Positions 31,627 to 44,865 of a stretch of DNA of 64,000 nucleotides are shown one piece after another (the first letter of the stretch is position 1; every line of letters begins with the position of its first letter). The notes under the pieces were generated by a model, which did not search any database, was not told the origin of the DNA, and saw nothing but the letters and a program-made list of their open reading frames with translations. Origin of the DNA: Takakia lepidozioides (Eukaryota; Plantae; Bryophyta); assembly GCA_030704615.1 (NCBI GenBank), contig CM060733.1:26846001-26910000 (forward strand). Reading direction: 5' to 3'. The position numbers and the translations under genes were made by a program.

Positions 31627-33720
31627 AATTATTATTATTATTATTTTAAAAAAATAAAATAAAATATTACTTTATTGAAGGAGGGAAAAATTAAACCCTG
31701 AAAGATGCCATAAGGCAAAATACACATCATAGAAGATGAGGGACGAGCCCAGACTGAAACAAGAGAGACCGCCAAAATGGCAATTGAAGGAGCCACATGC
31801 CTTAGATGGGCGACCATTATTGGCCATCCAAGCACCGTGGTGATGATTGCGTAATCGAAAATTTGTCGAATCCTGTAGAATGTAAAAGACAAAGGCTTTG
31901 TAACTGCCATCCTACTAAGGCCTAGAGTGACAGAGCTTAGAGCTTAGAGAAGGCGAGACAGACAGAGGAGCTCGGTGGAGACGCAAGAAGCTGCAATCGA
32001 AGGGCCCAAGCGCATCAAGTTTTCCAGATGTGCCATAGCCTTGCAGCCCTGATTGTATCAAATACTGGGCAATTGGAGGTTGTTTGTTTTGTGACAGGGT
32101 CGTAGTTGAGGAGCGTGTTGACTGGGCTAAGAGATGCGCGGTCATGCCAATGGCTGAGAACCGGGAGAAGCAGGGGCCAGGCTTTGGAGGGAATACTGCA
32201 TTGAAACAGGCAATGCTCGATTGATTCGGTGACCCCAAGAGAGCAGCATGTGCAGAGCAGAGCCCCGATGAATTGGAGCCATCTGCCTACTTTAAGAACT
32301 CTGTTTGCGATTTGCCACAGGAAGGCGGCGATCTTGGCAGAACTAGATTTGACCCAAATGCCTTTCCATATCGTTTGCCAGCGCTCATCTTGAAAGCCGT
32401 AGGCTCTACATTTGGCCTCCCATTTGAATGAGAGGCGAGGGGTTGCAGTGAGGCACTTGTATGTTTTTTTAGCTGTGTATTGGAGGAGTGATGGCTTGCC
32501 TTTAAGATTCCAGGACCACTCTTGAGGATCGAGCTGCAACTCCATGAGCGGCGTTCCTCCAATCCATACGAAGGTGCTTCCACGAAGCCAGGCATGCAGG
32601 GGAGATCCTGGAGGTTTGATAGGGTTCATATGTTTTGCATTTGCAGACCACTGGCAGATTCTAACCGGGGAGAAGGTCCCCCCCCCTTAATAGTGACTGG
32701 GTCTGTTTGAGCGAGGTGCAGGATGTTTGTGAGAACGCAGCAGCTCATAGCTAATCCACATATTTCACTATTGTTGCAGTCAAGAGTGTAAATGACCTGT
32801 CGGGGTCTTGAAGAACAAGCTATCTAGGTATCACGCGCGTGCGGCCAGGAGCGGCCCTTGGCGAAGGATTCGTAAGCTAGAATCTGGTATGGATTGGATA
32901 ATGAAAGAGTAGCCTGCATTTCCTCTGGCCGAGCCTACAATATGATTTATGTATTCTTGGTTCCAAAAGTCTTCTCTTGACCATATCTTTCCTATTTGTG
33001 CTATGCCATGGAAATCCCAGACCACCTTTTTGCAGATCCGTGGACTTCTTGGCTTTGAATGTTTGAGTTGAGGAAGAGGTGCTGGTGGATGACCTCCTCA
33101 TACGAAGAGGGTTCTCCTTTTACGAGGTAAGGTCTGAGCCTACCCCATGCCTTCCAAATGGTTTTCCAGAGAGGGGAGCCAGGATGCTTGAGTTTGAATC
33201 CATTTACAATCCAACGTAGTGAACTTGACCAAAGGGCATTCTTGAGGGGGGGAGCTTTGCAGGATGTGTCGAAGCACCAGAGGACTCCACCATGAGGTAT
33301 GGGGTCCCAGTAGCCTTATGATCCATTTGCCGAGGAGAGCATCTATCTGATTGCCTGGGTCCAGAACGCCAAGACCACCCAATTTCTTGGGGCTGCACAT
33401 TTGGGCCCATGAGATGGCTGGTCTGACATTTTGAGTGCTGGAAGAGGCACCCCAAATGAAGTTTCTGATGATTCTTTTGATTTCTTTTAAGAAGGAAGGG
33501 CTTGGGCTCCACACAGAAGCGAAGTACCAGATGCTGGCCATGATAACCTGATTAGCTACAAGGGCTCTCCCGGTGAGAGAGAGGTGCCTGGAACCCCAAA
33601 AGACCAGTTTGCGTTTCAGTTTGTCAATTATTGGACCGATTCTTTGCTCCTCCGAGAGGTTGAAACCAAAAGGGAAGCCTAGTAGCTTAGTGCTCTCTCC
33701 ATCTTTGAGCCATTTGAGGC
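31627..33720 (-). mobile_element. L1/Tx1-like LINE, 3' part (post-RT region, zf-RVT, (TAA)n-like tail)
   Basis: KLLGFPFG...LSLTGRALVANQVI...KKLGGLGVLD; WKGIW...KIAAFLW...CTCC...ESIEHCLFQC; ttattattattatt at ~31629-31645. Confidence 0.85.
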
Positions 33721-36396
33721 GAGGGATGCTTGCGCGTGAGCCTAGCCGCGTGAGCCTGTGAGCCTGGCTTCGCTCACGCCACGTAAGCAAGCATCCACGT
33801 GTTCAGGCCCTAATACTGTGCTTTCCCCCTGGCTTCCCCTATTACCGCGGATCCTTATTTTTTATCCCTCTTCATTGCCCCCACATGAATATTCTTTCTA
33901 GCCGAGAACAATGGCAGGTTTGCGGATGGTTTATGATTGAGGTCATCCCTTTGGAATGAGGAGATCGCCCACTAGAGAACTGAATATTAAAAGCAAACCC
34001 TTTTGTTTTGCAAAGCAGTACATTCATTCCAACCCACAAACATTTTTCAATTCCGGATTCCGAAGACCTACCCCAGGCAATCCCTAACTGTACTTACGGG
34101 AACGTGCAATGAACTTGAAAAGCAGTTTGGGGATGGAAGCAAAACCAAAACACAATTTATTGAGCCTCGGTACTTGAACCTCAAGAACTATTGGAGGTTT
34201 CAGAGGAACCACTTCCAAAGTTTACAACAATATCATCTATGAATACAGCAGCACATCCGCGACGTTTTTTTTTTCCACGACCTTCGTGTAGATGCGAATA
34301 CATTGATTGTTGGGATAACACCCGTGCACAAGCTTCAGCGTAAACCGGCAAGCGGTAAGCTCTAGGGGGACTCGGGGACATGTAGTATCCTTGGAAACCG
34401 AAAGGTGTCTGCTGATTCGATGATTGGTGCCGAACTCTGGAAAGCAAGAAGAGGAATGGTGATAGATGTTAACATCCAGATATAAACAATGTAAGCAACC
34501 ATCTGTCAAACGGGAATGACACAAGTAAATGCAACATATTTTGCACGACTACAACCGAACTTACTCACACTCAAAATCGGAGTCCACGTCGAGATCCTCC
34601 TCAGGCGCTTCGGGCTCCTCCAGAAGTCCCTGTGTGGAAGAAGTAGTGCCGGGCTCAAGCTAACGAAGCTCGCTTGAAAAGAGCTCCGTATCAGCCTCCA
34701 TGCCAAAGAAGTGCCTTCCGGCGCTCTTGCATGAAAAGATGCTCCTGCAAATCCAAGACGAACGAGAAATTAAAACAGGGCTTCCCTAAGGTCACTGCCC
34801 ATATGTCAAACACAATGTGAAGGGCCCCACCTGTGCCCATAGACAAGTCAACCACTCGTCCACCATGACGGCTGCATGTCTCCACCAAAGTCTGCATGAA
34901 AGCTGGAGATTTCTCCCGTGCACCTCTCCAAGGGACACCAATCGACCTTTTCATAGTTCGACCCGAGTCGACGTAATTGAAGATAACATCATCCTCCACA
35001 GGCTCGCAGGTGGGGTCAATGTGAGCTGCAAGGTCCCTCAACTGGAACTCAGCAACACCAGGAGGAAGAGTGTCCTTCCGCCTCACCAGGCACAAAGCTT
35101 CGAACACTCGAGTCTGTCAATAATCACGAAGAGAGCATGAAGCAAAAGACACAACCTACCTTTTGATTTACTGAAAAACCATGAAACTTTAATTGAAAGG
35201 AACCAACTCACTTTCTACCCCAGGAACTCGCCCTTCGTAAGAGGTAGAGTATTGATGCATGTCCAAGTTTTGATGACACGAAACCTGTGTAGCTGAAAAG
35301 AGTTCTTCGTGCCGACGTGTCCTTTGACTGCATGAGAAGAAGAGCCCCCGAGTCAGAAAGGAATTTGTTGCTGAATGAGAAAGCCCACTGCCAGTAACGA
35401 GAATCCGATTTGTTCCAAGTCGGGGTCGAATTGGAAGGGAACACATCAGGGACAGGAAAACCGTCAGGAATGTCCAGCACCACAAGGTCAGTCGCGTATG
35501 CCTGCTGAACTCCATTCACCCAATCCGGACTTTTTGTGACCTTCAGCAAAAACAGGAGACAGTGTAAGAAGCCAAATCCAAATCCAGCACGAGATCAACA
35601 CCCTGGACAAGTCAGAACAAGTGGCCAAACCAAAATATCTCATACAATAGTTAAGACATATGTGCTAACCTGAGTGAGGAACGAAACAAGCATGTCCCAT
35701 GATTTCGAGGGCACCCCTTTGAATGTGGACTTCCTGGACTCCATCATTGCAAGAAAACTTTCATTCAGCACCTGACGATTGAACTGTCCCAAAACCCTGG
35801 AGGGATGTTCACTCGCCTCGAAAGGTTGCTCCCTCGACTTTGATGTTCTCCTATCCCTCCTAGTTGGAGAGGGCTGTCTTTCAGGGACCTCTGACGGTCC
35901 CTGTCCTTGAGGAGCTGCACTTTTCCCCTTCCCCTTTGGATCCCCGACAATCTTCCCCTTTCGTTTTGGAGTAGCAAATTTCTCGGGCTCTTTTGCAGCC
36001 AGAGCAGAAATGATTCTATCCTGAATGTCTTTGTCAGCCAGTGGGGCAATTGCTGCGGCGTTGTCGTTCAGGTTTCTCAAAACAACTTCATCGAATGGTG
36101 TATCTTGTTTTGGCAGGTCGAGGTACCACCCACAGTCTCTGAAGTGCGCCCTGCTCCAGTCTCTGGCAATACCAGCCGTGTACATTGTCTTGTCATTGGA
36201 GGGGTCAGCCCATGAGTAGATGAAGTCTAGGTCATCGCTAAGGTACTTTTCCGGTATGAGGACATGATACATGTACCTGAATCACACACACAAAATCCAG
36301 GTAGTCATTCGATCTGAAAATGAAACAGATCACACATCAGGAAAATGATATTGAAATGCAGGAAAGCAACACGCATAAATCACCTTTGCAGTCCCG

Positions 36397-37020
36397 AATC
36401 AACCTTGCGTTGACGCAATGTTGAATCGAGCAGAAATGAGAAACACAAAATGCGGAGAACTGTTCTTTGACAAGGGCAATTCAACATTGCTTCAACGCAA
36501 GGTTGTTTTCATTTACAGTGGAAATGGAAAACAATGCTTGAAAACATCCTTTCGAATATCTACTGGTACGGATATTCAACATTGCGTTGGCACAATGTTG
36601 ATTTCCTCTGTTGAAACACATGTCCATGGTATCTGACAACCACAACTTTCCTTTAATTGTATGGAAATCGGGGTATTGCTGCGGGACATTTCTAGCCATT
36701 CATACCACCAAACAACGTTGCGTCAACGCAAGTCTGTTTGATGGTACAGAATAAGCTCTAAATAGCATTTCAAACAGACTCCAAACAGACTTTATGTTCA
36801 TCTTGGCAGCATTGAAACTGGAAATGACAGCAAATTATAGCCCAAAAACCCAGGTAAACCTACATAGCCTGGCCCTTCATCAACCTTGCATTGGCGCAAG
36901 GCTGATATTCCTGTCAGTTTTTCACCTTTCACATGGAGAAAAATGGCATTATGGGAGACCCCACCTATAGGAAATTGAAACCAAAACAACGGGATACAAG
37001 CTTGCATTAACGCAATGTTG
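36397..37020. repeat. Intronic array of ~6 palindromes, consensus AAYCWTGCGTYRACGCAAKGTT
   Basis: Copies near 36397, 36480, 36575, 36711, 36879, 36997 (some degenerate). Confidence 0.85.
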
Positions 37021-38891
37021 CTCGATTGCACATCCAGAGCCCTCAGAGCTCCCTCATAACCTGCAAAGTCGAACTGCTATATAGAAAGTACAACACAAGA
37101 ATGCAGAAACATGCCCTTCAAGTACCAAATTTGTTTGAAGGAGGTCACACCTGTACAACACTCGTTTCATTGCTTGCTCGCTGTTGTACTGGTTTTTGAA
37201 TTCGTACGACCTGGAGATTCCTTTGTCTTTCTCAAACTCCCTGAAGAAGCAGTTGTTCCAGACAGCGAGCTTCCATCTCCTGATGTAGGCCTCCAGTGTG
37301 ATCCGGGGGCAAGCCATCTGGATTTTGTAGTCTACCATGGACTCCCCAAGTGCAGCGACTGCACGTTTTTCTAACTGCAACAAGAAAGCTCATAAGAATT
37401 CGCGAGACATTACGGAGCAACACTACTTTCTGAAAATGGTTTTGTGGAAACCATACCTGGCTCCAGAATGTGGCTTTGTGTAGCCACTGGTCGAATGTGT
37501 GGTCGCTAACAACTTTTATTGCTTGTGTCTTCGAGTCCCTCTCAGGAGTTGGGAACATGTTGGTGTCTCTCACGAGTGGATCCGAATTCCAGATCTCCAA
37601 CCACCTGATTTTGGTTGCATTGTCCACCATTGAAATGGAAAGGCGATGTAGTTTCTCTTGAGTCATTTCTGGCTTAGAGCCATACTTGTCATTATGTGCT
37701 TTCACCTGCTCTAGAAATTCCGTGCCAAGACCTGGATCTGCTATCCGGATTTGTTTGTCGAATGCACTCATAAGGTTCTTCCTTTGATTGTTCATCTCGA
37801 ATTTCATCATGTCCTCAAGCCCAGTTGCAGACCTCTGCTCTTCTGTGTGGGAATCATAGTACTCAGCTTTCGCCTTCAAACCAGTTTCTGCTATTTCTTG
37901 CTGCATTCATAACAGGTAAAAGAATCAAACACTCTTGACAAAATCTGTAGTAACAACAAGCAAACAGGTGTCAAGAAGCTTACAGTGTACATGTAGTCAA
38001 GAAAAGCCTCTCTGGTCAAGCTGTACCATGTGCTTGTCTTCTTCTCAGCACACCTCTTCATCTGCTGAGGACTGAGCACGTTCGTGAATGAATCCAATGG
38101 CATCAGCCCTATCTTCTGGATGCGGAATAGAGTGTGGCAAAGATTGGTCGTCACATGAGAGGTTTCATTGGACCTGGAAAAACCTTCAACTCATAAGTGG
38201 ATTCCAAATTGTGGGAACTCGGAACAGACACAATGTTGGCAACTTACTTGTTTATGTCGTGCATGGCTGTAAGGAGCTGCGTGACACGTCCTTTGTGGTC
38301 GAGAACCATGGAAACCACGCTCCAGTGCCATTCGATGTCGTCCGTGTGCATGCTTGAAATGTAATTTATCCAGGCAAGCAGTCTGTGGTTCCCATCCCAG
38401 ACAAAAACATCTTTCCCATGAATGCTTTTGTGGAGGCCTTTTTGGACAGCTTAAACTCGAACTCCCTGTTTACATCCCGCCAGCATGCATCCCAACTTTG
38501 CTCAATGTCCTCCATTACAAGACACTCCTCTCCTTTCGTGTTCATAGTAGATACATAGAACACTGCAGATCCCTTGACATAGCCGTGAACAAAGTCGTTC
38601 TTCCACTTCGTGATGTCATTCCTCAATGCTGGTCGAACAACGGGCATGGAGATCATCCTGCAAAGCGGAATGACCAGGTTTCCGCCGGGAACCTCCATCG
38701 ACAGAATCACCTTCGACGAGTTCACTTTTTGCCCACCCATAATCTCCTCGGCCTTGTCTTCATAGTGGCCCTCCAATGACTCTTCCTCAAAATCACCTTC
38801 TGACACTACCGAATCTTCCCCGACGGATTTCTTTTTTCTTTTCCTCTGCAAAGAATGAATATCATGTGAGTGACAGATTGAACTCCCATGG

Positions 38892-39404
38892 ATCAACCTT
38901 GCGTTGACGCAAGGTTGATTGATGGGGATGTAGCTTAGTCTGAAAGACATCCCAGAATTTCTTTTGAACCCAATATATGCTTTGCATTGACGCAGGGTTC
39001 TTCTGGGAGCTTCAAATAATCAACTTTCCCTACCTTGCAGTTCATTGTACGAGAATTCGGCCTCTTGGAGTGAACAAAAGAGGCATCAAAATCAGCTTGG
39101 CGTCAACACAAGGTTGATTCGAGTGCTGCATCTGCTTCGATTCACCTAAACCCTAAACATACACTCTGGAGGTCGGAATCAACCTTGCGTTGACGCAAGG
39201 TTGATTAGGAGCTCTGGATTTGGTGTTTAGCAAACAAAATATCTATTGGATTCTCTGCTTTCATCTTAGCAATTGATGATGCATCGGAAGCATTCATCTT
39301 CCCCAGCTCTGCATAGATTGTTTGTAGTGCAGCTTCTGCACTATTTTCATGCCCACATCATATACTTAGGAGGTCGAAATCAACCTTGCGTCAACGCAAG
39401 GTTG
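38892..39404. repeat. Intronic array of ~5 palindromes AATCAACCTTGCGTTGACGCAAGGTTGATT
   Basis: Copies near 38892, 38978 (degenerate), 39089, 39177 (30 bp, perfect 14-bp arms), 39380. Confidence 0.88.
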
Positions 39405-40607
39405 AAGTCGACCTCTATGTTTAGCATGAAAAAGACAAAAACAGAGAAGGCAAAAGACAGTTCATAGCCACCTCCGGTTTCTTCTTTGCACTTGATGATG
39501 CTCCTGAGGCATTCAACTTTTCCATGGGGTCTGGAGGTAGCATGCTTCCGAGGAGGTCCCGGTGGTGTGAAACAAGGGCGGACGGCAGAGTTTCCGCGTC
39601 CATCTCTCCTCCCTGCTCTTTCGAGACCTGGTTCTCCACTCGCAGTGCTTCCTCCCGAGCCCAGCTCACTTCCTCGTCCTCCCCCCCCTTCTATTGGAGG
39701 TTGCTCTTCAGTTGCCTCCGGGATCACTTCAAGACCTTCATCTCCAAACTGTGGTTGCAAAATCCTGTTTTGCCCTTCGTTCTCATCTCCGCCGGAGGTT
39801 TCTTCACCCAATCTAAGTTCCGTCTCGCCTTCCTCATCTTCTCCTTAGCGCGTGCCCTTTTGCTTCTTTGATGTGAAATAAAGTGTTCTTCGACGCTTGC
39901 TTCTCCCTCGGAGTGGGGTCACCGTCTCTACAGAATCCAGGGTTACAAGGACAATAAGGAAAAGAAGGAAAAAGAGGGCTAGGGGAGGGTCACCGCAAGG
40001 CCTTCAACGCCAAGATCATCGCTCGGAACAACCTGTTTGCCACATGGTCATTCCACATGCATGGCGAACACGTGTCCATCTAACCGTTATGAATATCTGC
40101 GGACATCATTAGTTCCTCTTCCATCCAAAATTCGTTCGGGTATAAACTCCTCTCATCCGAAAAAGTTCATTATTGAATAATATCTTTTGGGATGTTTCAG
40201 AGGAATGTTAAGTATGTACAGTTGTACAACGGTGCAGGTGCCGTTAAAATTGAATGGAAATGGGCATCTCTTCTGGACTCTCTGACATGACAGCCAAATG
40301 GCGGCTTTGTCAGTCAACCTCTCAACCAATGCACCGTTGGGGCACCTGCGAAATAACAGTTGGATTCTTTCATTAGGGCTGACATTACGCACTCCGCAGT
40401 TGGGCACTCTGTCACCATCCGCTTGGTTCGCACATGGACACATTTCTTTGATGTGCCAACCCGCGTTAGGAGATCTGCAAGCAGGACCGATACCTGCAAT
40501 TGTGTGCAAGGACGTCTTCTATGCAGCCAAAAACTTCGCTCTAATACACTCTGCATTCAGAAGCACCATCGGACGGTGAACTATGCGTTCAGAAGCAACA
40601 TTGGCAG

Positions 40608-43600
40608 ATGGCCTCCCAGGCCATGGGCTCCCTTGACGCGGACTTCTTCAGTGAGGACCACCCTGTGCCATTTTCTTACGAGGTGGAAGATGATGGTTTT
40701 GCGGTGGTGCATGAACTCGTCCTCGCAACGCAGTTTTGGTTGGAAAATGGAACTCTATTCCTTCAGAGGGAAGTGTACGATGCCAATGGAAAACTGCTCA
40801 AGTACGCGTTCCAGAAACCTTCGCATACCTCACCAACCACACAATGGAGAGTGCCTCCAGGCAGATACAGGGTGCTTAGTGCTCCTCTGAGATAGTCTGC
40901 AGGATCGTTCGTAACTCTTGGCACGGCAGCATCAGTGGCCCAAGAGAAAACACCCGTGGTTGTCAAAAAGGAGACGAGTACCATTAACACTGTAGTTGAG
41001 CTTTCGGACTCATCCTCCGATGACGCATGTGCACTACCGCCCGTGGATCAGCCATGTCCACATGAAGAAGCAGATGTGGAGGAGATCACCGGTGTCATTC
41101 CTAAACTGAAAGCCATGGGTGGGATGGCAGGATTCAAGAGTGAGTTGAGGGGGATAGACTGGAGCACTTTCAATATTCAGAGGGTGGCATTCTTGCCGGA
41201 ATCTTTTGATGGTAATACTGTTTTCGAGCTGCCTCCTCCTGGTCGCGTGGGGGGAATTTCCAGTCTCCTGGAAGGAATGGACAAAAAGCACGATGGGCAC
41301 CCTTGGTGCCACACAAAAACCTCCAATATTCACAACAACGACAACCTCATATTCAGGCGAACAGTCTGTAATGGGCACCTGAAATGCGAGAACATGAAAT
41401 GCAGACACTTCGCATTGTCAGGTGTGCAAAACCAAAGCGAATGGGATGGTGTCAGTGAGAATCCATTCAAGCCTGGGGTGACACCACCATACAGTAACAC
41501 TTTTGTGTGCAAGTTCTGTAGGGTACCACCTTGCTGCCTTGCTTTGTGTGGCGCCAGAATGTATTATGTGGTGCATTGATTCAAAACCCTGACTAGAGCC
41601 TGTGTCCATTTCGGTTTTCACAACCACCCTATGTCCAAGGGGGATTATAGGGAGAGCGTTGACACAGTCTCGCGTCTGATAAGGCAAGAGTTGGATACCA
41701 ATCCAACTGGAACCACATCTGCAATTGCCATGGGGGCGAGCAAGTCCTTTATGGAAAGTCGTATTCTGTGTGCATCAAATTCGGTTGGAGGAATACTGGA
41801 GGGACCAGCTTTGGACATTGTTATGGACCATTTCTCCACTTTGACTTCTCCAAAGATTAGTAATCAGGTGAACGCTTTAAGAATGGGCTCTGGGAGCCGA
41901 GGTTATATGGACAATATTATGGATTTGAAGAAAAGGAGCATGTACGACTACATCCAAGATAGCGTTTTCCCGGGACAAGGAGCCAGGAAAGTGTTCTTGT
42001 TCAAAATGTCCACAAAAGGTGAGGGCAGCGGGGTCAGCCTGGTTAAACGTATGCAGAAGGGTGGCAATCTTGGCAACTGCTTCCTTATGTTCGATCACGT
42101 CAAGAGGGTTAAAGACTGGACCACAATGGCATGTCATGTTTACGACCCTGTGTATCAGCGGGTCATGACAATTACAGTGTGTGACATGCAGTCAGAGGAC
42201 ACAGATTCACAGCAACTCATGTGGGAAGCTCTCATTCGTGTTATGGCCTCCAATGGTCTCCCATCTCCCAATTTTGTTGGTTTTATGGCCGATAGTGCTC
42301 AAGCTAACTTCAACGCTATCCGCATTGTGTTCGGGACGGGAGATCCAAAAGTGCCAATGCCTGGAAGAGAACGTACGTGTCTTTTCCATTGGACACAATC
42401 CCTGGACAAACACACAAAGACATACATCAAGCCAGATATGCAGAGTATGCATCGTCAACTGTGCAAACAGTACAAAGACGCCAAAACTATGGGGGAAGCG
42501 AATACATTGTTCCAGACAATTCATGCCTGGTGGTACTCATCTGGAGCGGCATCGAAGGACAGCATGAGGGCACTGGAAGACTGGTTCGCATTTTGGCACT
42601 TCCGTTACCGACAGTGGGGAACAGCCATGACAACGGTGAGTGGTTTGCATTCACCTTCGTTTGGGTGCTTCGGATATATCTTTCAGGGTCCAATCCTAAT
42701 ATTGGCTTTGTGTTTTTTGCCTTGCAACATATGTCCATTGAGGAGATGGCGGACATGCCTTCTTGCAATCTAGCGGAGACAGTGCATAATGCATGGTTGC
42801 AGTAATCCGGCAAAAAAAGAAGAGATTTGTATGCGGCGACGGCCGATGACCTTATTCGTGCTCTGCAGCAACAAACCAGATACAGGTCATTCTTGAGGGG
42901 TGGCCTTGGTGGCAAAGGCCCGGACAGGAGCGAGTTGATGTTGCGGGCAGCTGGAAGATCAGGGGATCCCAACAAAATAGCGCGGGCAATGAGCATATGT
43001 GCAGATGGCACCCCTCTCGTGGGAAGAGTTCCCCATCTGGAAGGCGAAGAGAGATTCGGGTCTTGCAAACGGAAATTGGACACCCCTCCAGGATCGGATG
43101 CAGATTCCCATAGGGCGGACAGGGTCAACTTCTCGACGCCACGTGTTCCCCTGGATCAGAGATGGAATTGCGGAACATCCACAGGTGAGGGCTATTCTGC
43201 CCCAGACCGGACCCCTGCATCAAGCACTGTCACTGCAATGGTTGAAGACCAGAACGTGGTGCCGCATATAATCGAGTCCATGGGCTTGGACGAGGTTTGG
43301 CATATAGAACGCACAAGTGTTGGATCGCGTGTGAAATGCACGGCGATCAGGGCCAGCAATCATGAAAAATGTACATCATTAATATCCAGAGGGAAAGAAC
43401 GCACTGCAGCTCCTACATTCACGGGTTTGTTTCTCCCTTACGGACAAGGCGAGGCAAAGAACCACAAGTTTTGGTTTTGCGCTGATGATTGTGGGAGATG
43501 TGTGCATGGGACAGTGAGGCCTTCCGTGGTGAGGAAGCCTATTCCACCAACCGTGTGGCCTGTGAAGATGGGCACAGGTCTCACTCACCGAGAGATCGCA

Positions 43601-44110
43601 ATGCTGGAAGAGGCGGGTTTCTCCCTAGCCAGACATTCCATTGCACGTGAAGGTGCTTCAAGTACAAGCGGTTCACGGGTACCTCCGCCTGACGCTCACT
43701 TGTGGCCAACCAGACGGAATGAGAAGTTGGTTCGACGATTCCCTCCAACCGCAGAACACTACGGCAAAATTGAGTCCGCCAAAATACTTGACGCTCGTGT
43801 TGCGGGTACAATGGAAGTGCCTGATCCAGGATATGGTCGGGTGTTCACCATGATCTCATCCGCATCTACGCTGCAGGACAGGACGTACGACATCACTGTT
43901 TCCAATTTTCCCAATTGTACATGTCCTGATTTTGTTGGTATGCTTTCAAGTAGTTTGGGAAAGAGAGGGAAGTTCATACCGTGCAAACACCTTTACTTCG
44001 TCTTCTTGAGAAGGATGGTTTGTGATCCAAAGCGCGACTTCTTCATTCACCAAGCCATTATGAGTTTCAACGAAGTCAACACACTTCTACAGCGGGATAC
44101 AAGCCCATAA
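40608..44110 (+). pseudogene. MULE transposase of outer element (GCM-like Zn domain, DDE core, SWIM finger), with in-frame stops
   Basis: WCHTKTSN...CNGHLKC...CKFC...CGARMYY...HNHP; FLMFDHVKR...FMADSAQA...CLFHW...CNLAETVHN; CTCPDF...PCKHL. Stops at 40893, 41577, ~42803; intron ~42636-42730. Confidence 0.88.
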
Positions 44111-44509
44111 AAATCTGAGTTTTCCTTGACCTAAACTTGTAATGGAATGACTGTTCAAGTCCAGTGTCTCTCAATGTACGTCGTCTAACATCTTGGCTAT
44201 GCGTGGGTGAATGCATTTGTCGCATTGGTTTGTCATTCTCTTTTCATTAGCAAACACAAGAAACTACCTTCAGATAGACAGAGTATCAAATCAACTAGGG
44301 ATGCCTCGGCGTGAGCCTGGTCACGTGAGCGCGTGAGCGCAACTGCGCTCACGCCACGTCACCTTGCGCAAATGCCACGTCACGGGGCTCACTCCACGTC
44401 ATCACACGTGAAGGCCGCGTCACCACGCGCCCAGAAAGAAGTGGAGTGTATTCCCGCGGATTGGCACCCTTCACCGCGGAAACAAGCTGGACGACATAAT
44501 AAAAGGCAT

Positions 44510-44865
44510 TGAATAAAGGATGGATGAATGTACAGTTGGATGATAAACAGATGGATGAGTGTGAAAAATGAATGTAGATGGATGAATGAGGGATGGATAA
44601 GAGTAAAATGGATGAATGTATAATGGATGTTGAGCAATGACAAAAATTCATGACAGGAAGATGCATGACCAAAACTTTTGACGAATGCACAACGTATATG
44701 AAATGAGTGTGGAAGGTTTGTGGGGTGGATTAAAGAGTACAGAGGATGAATGTACAATGGATGTTGAACAAAGGAAAAAATTCATGAATGGAGCACGCAT
44801 GAATACACTGTAGATGAATGCACAATGGATATGAGAAGAGTCAGGGAGGTTTGTGAGATGGATTC
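44510..44865. repeat. GGATGAAT-rich subterminal repeats including a ~134-bp direct duplication
   Basis: aatggatgttga.caa.g..aaaaattcatga...gaatgcacaa...ggtttgtg.g.tggatt at ~44622 and ~44756. Confidence 0.65.

Larger units (their letters stand above)
34565..39880 (-). pseudogene. Cargo gene of outer MULE: ParB/Srx-like domain + unknown region + beta-class N6-A/N4-C DNA methyltransferase-like domain (multi-exon, frameshifted)
   Basis: IPLCRMISMPVVRPAL...FVWDGNHRLLAW (~38370-38410, after a 1-nt frameshift); DLVVLDIPDG (motif IV position, ~35460-35490); WRGAREKSPAFMQTLVETCSRHGGRVVDLSMGTG|ASFH..CKSAGRHFFGMEAD (motif X-I-II order). Gene ends approximate. Confidence 0.75.

Noticed and set aside
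42487-43128. Antisense ORFs over the transposases (also 54282-55094) and over the PPR gene
   Set aside because: Shadow frames of real coding sequence on the other strand
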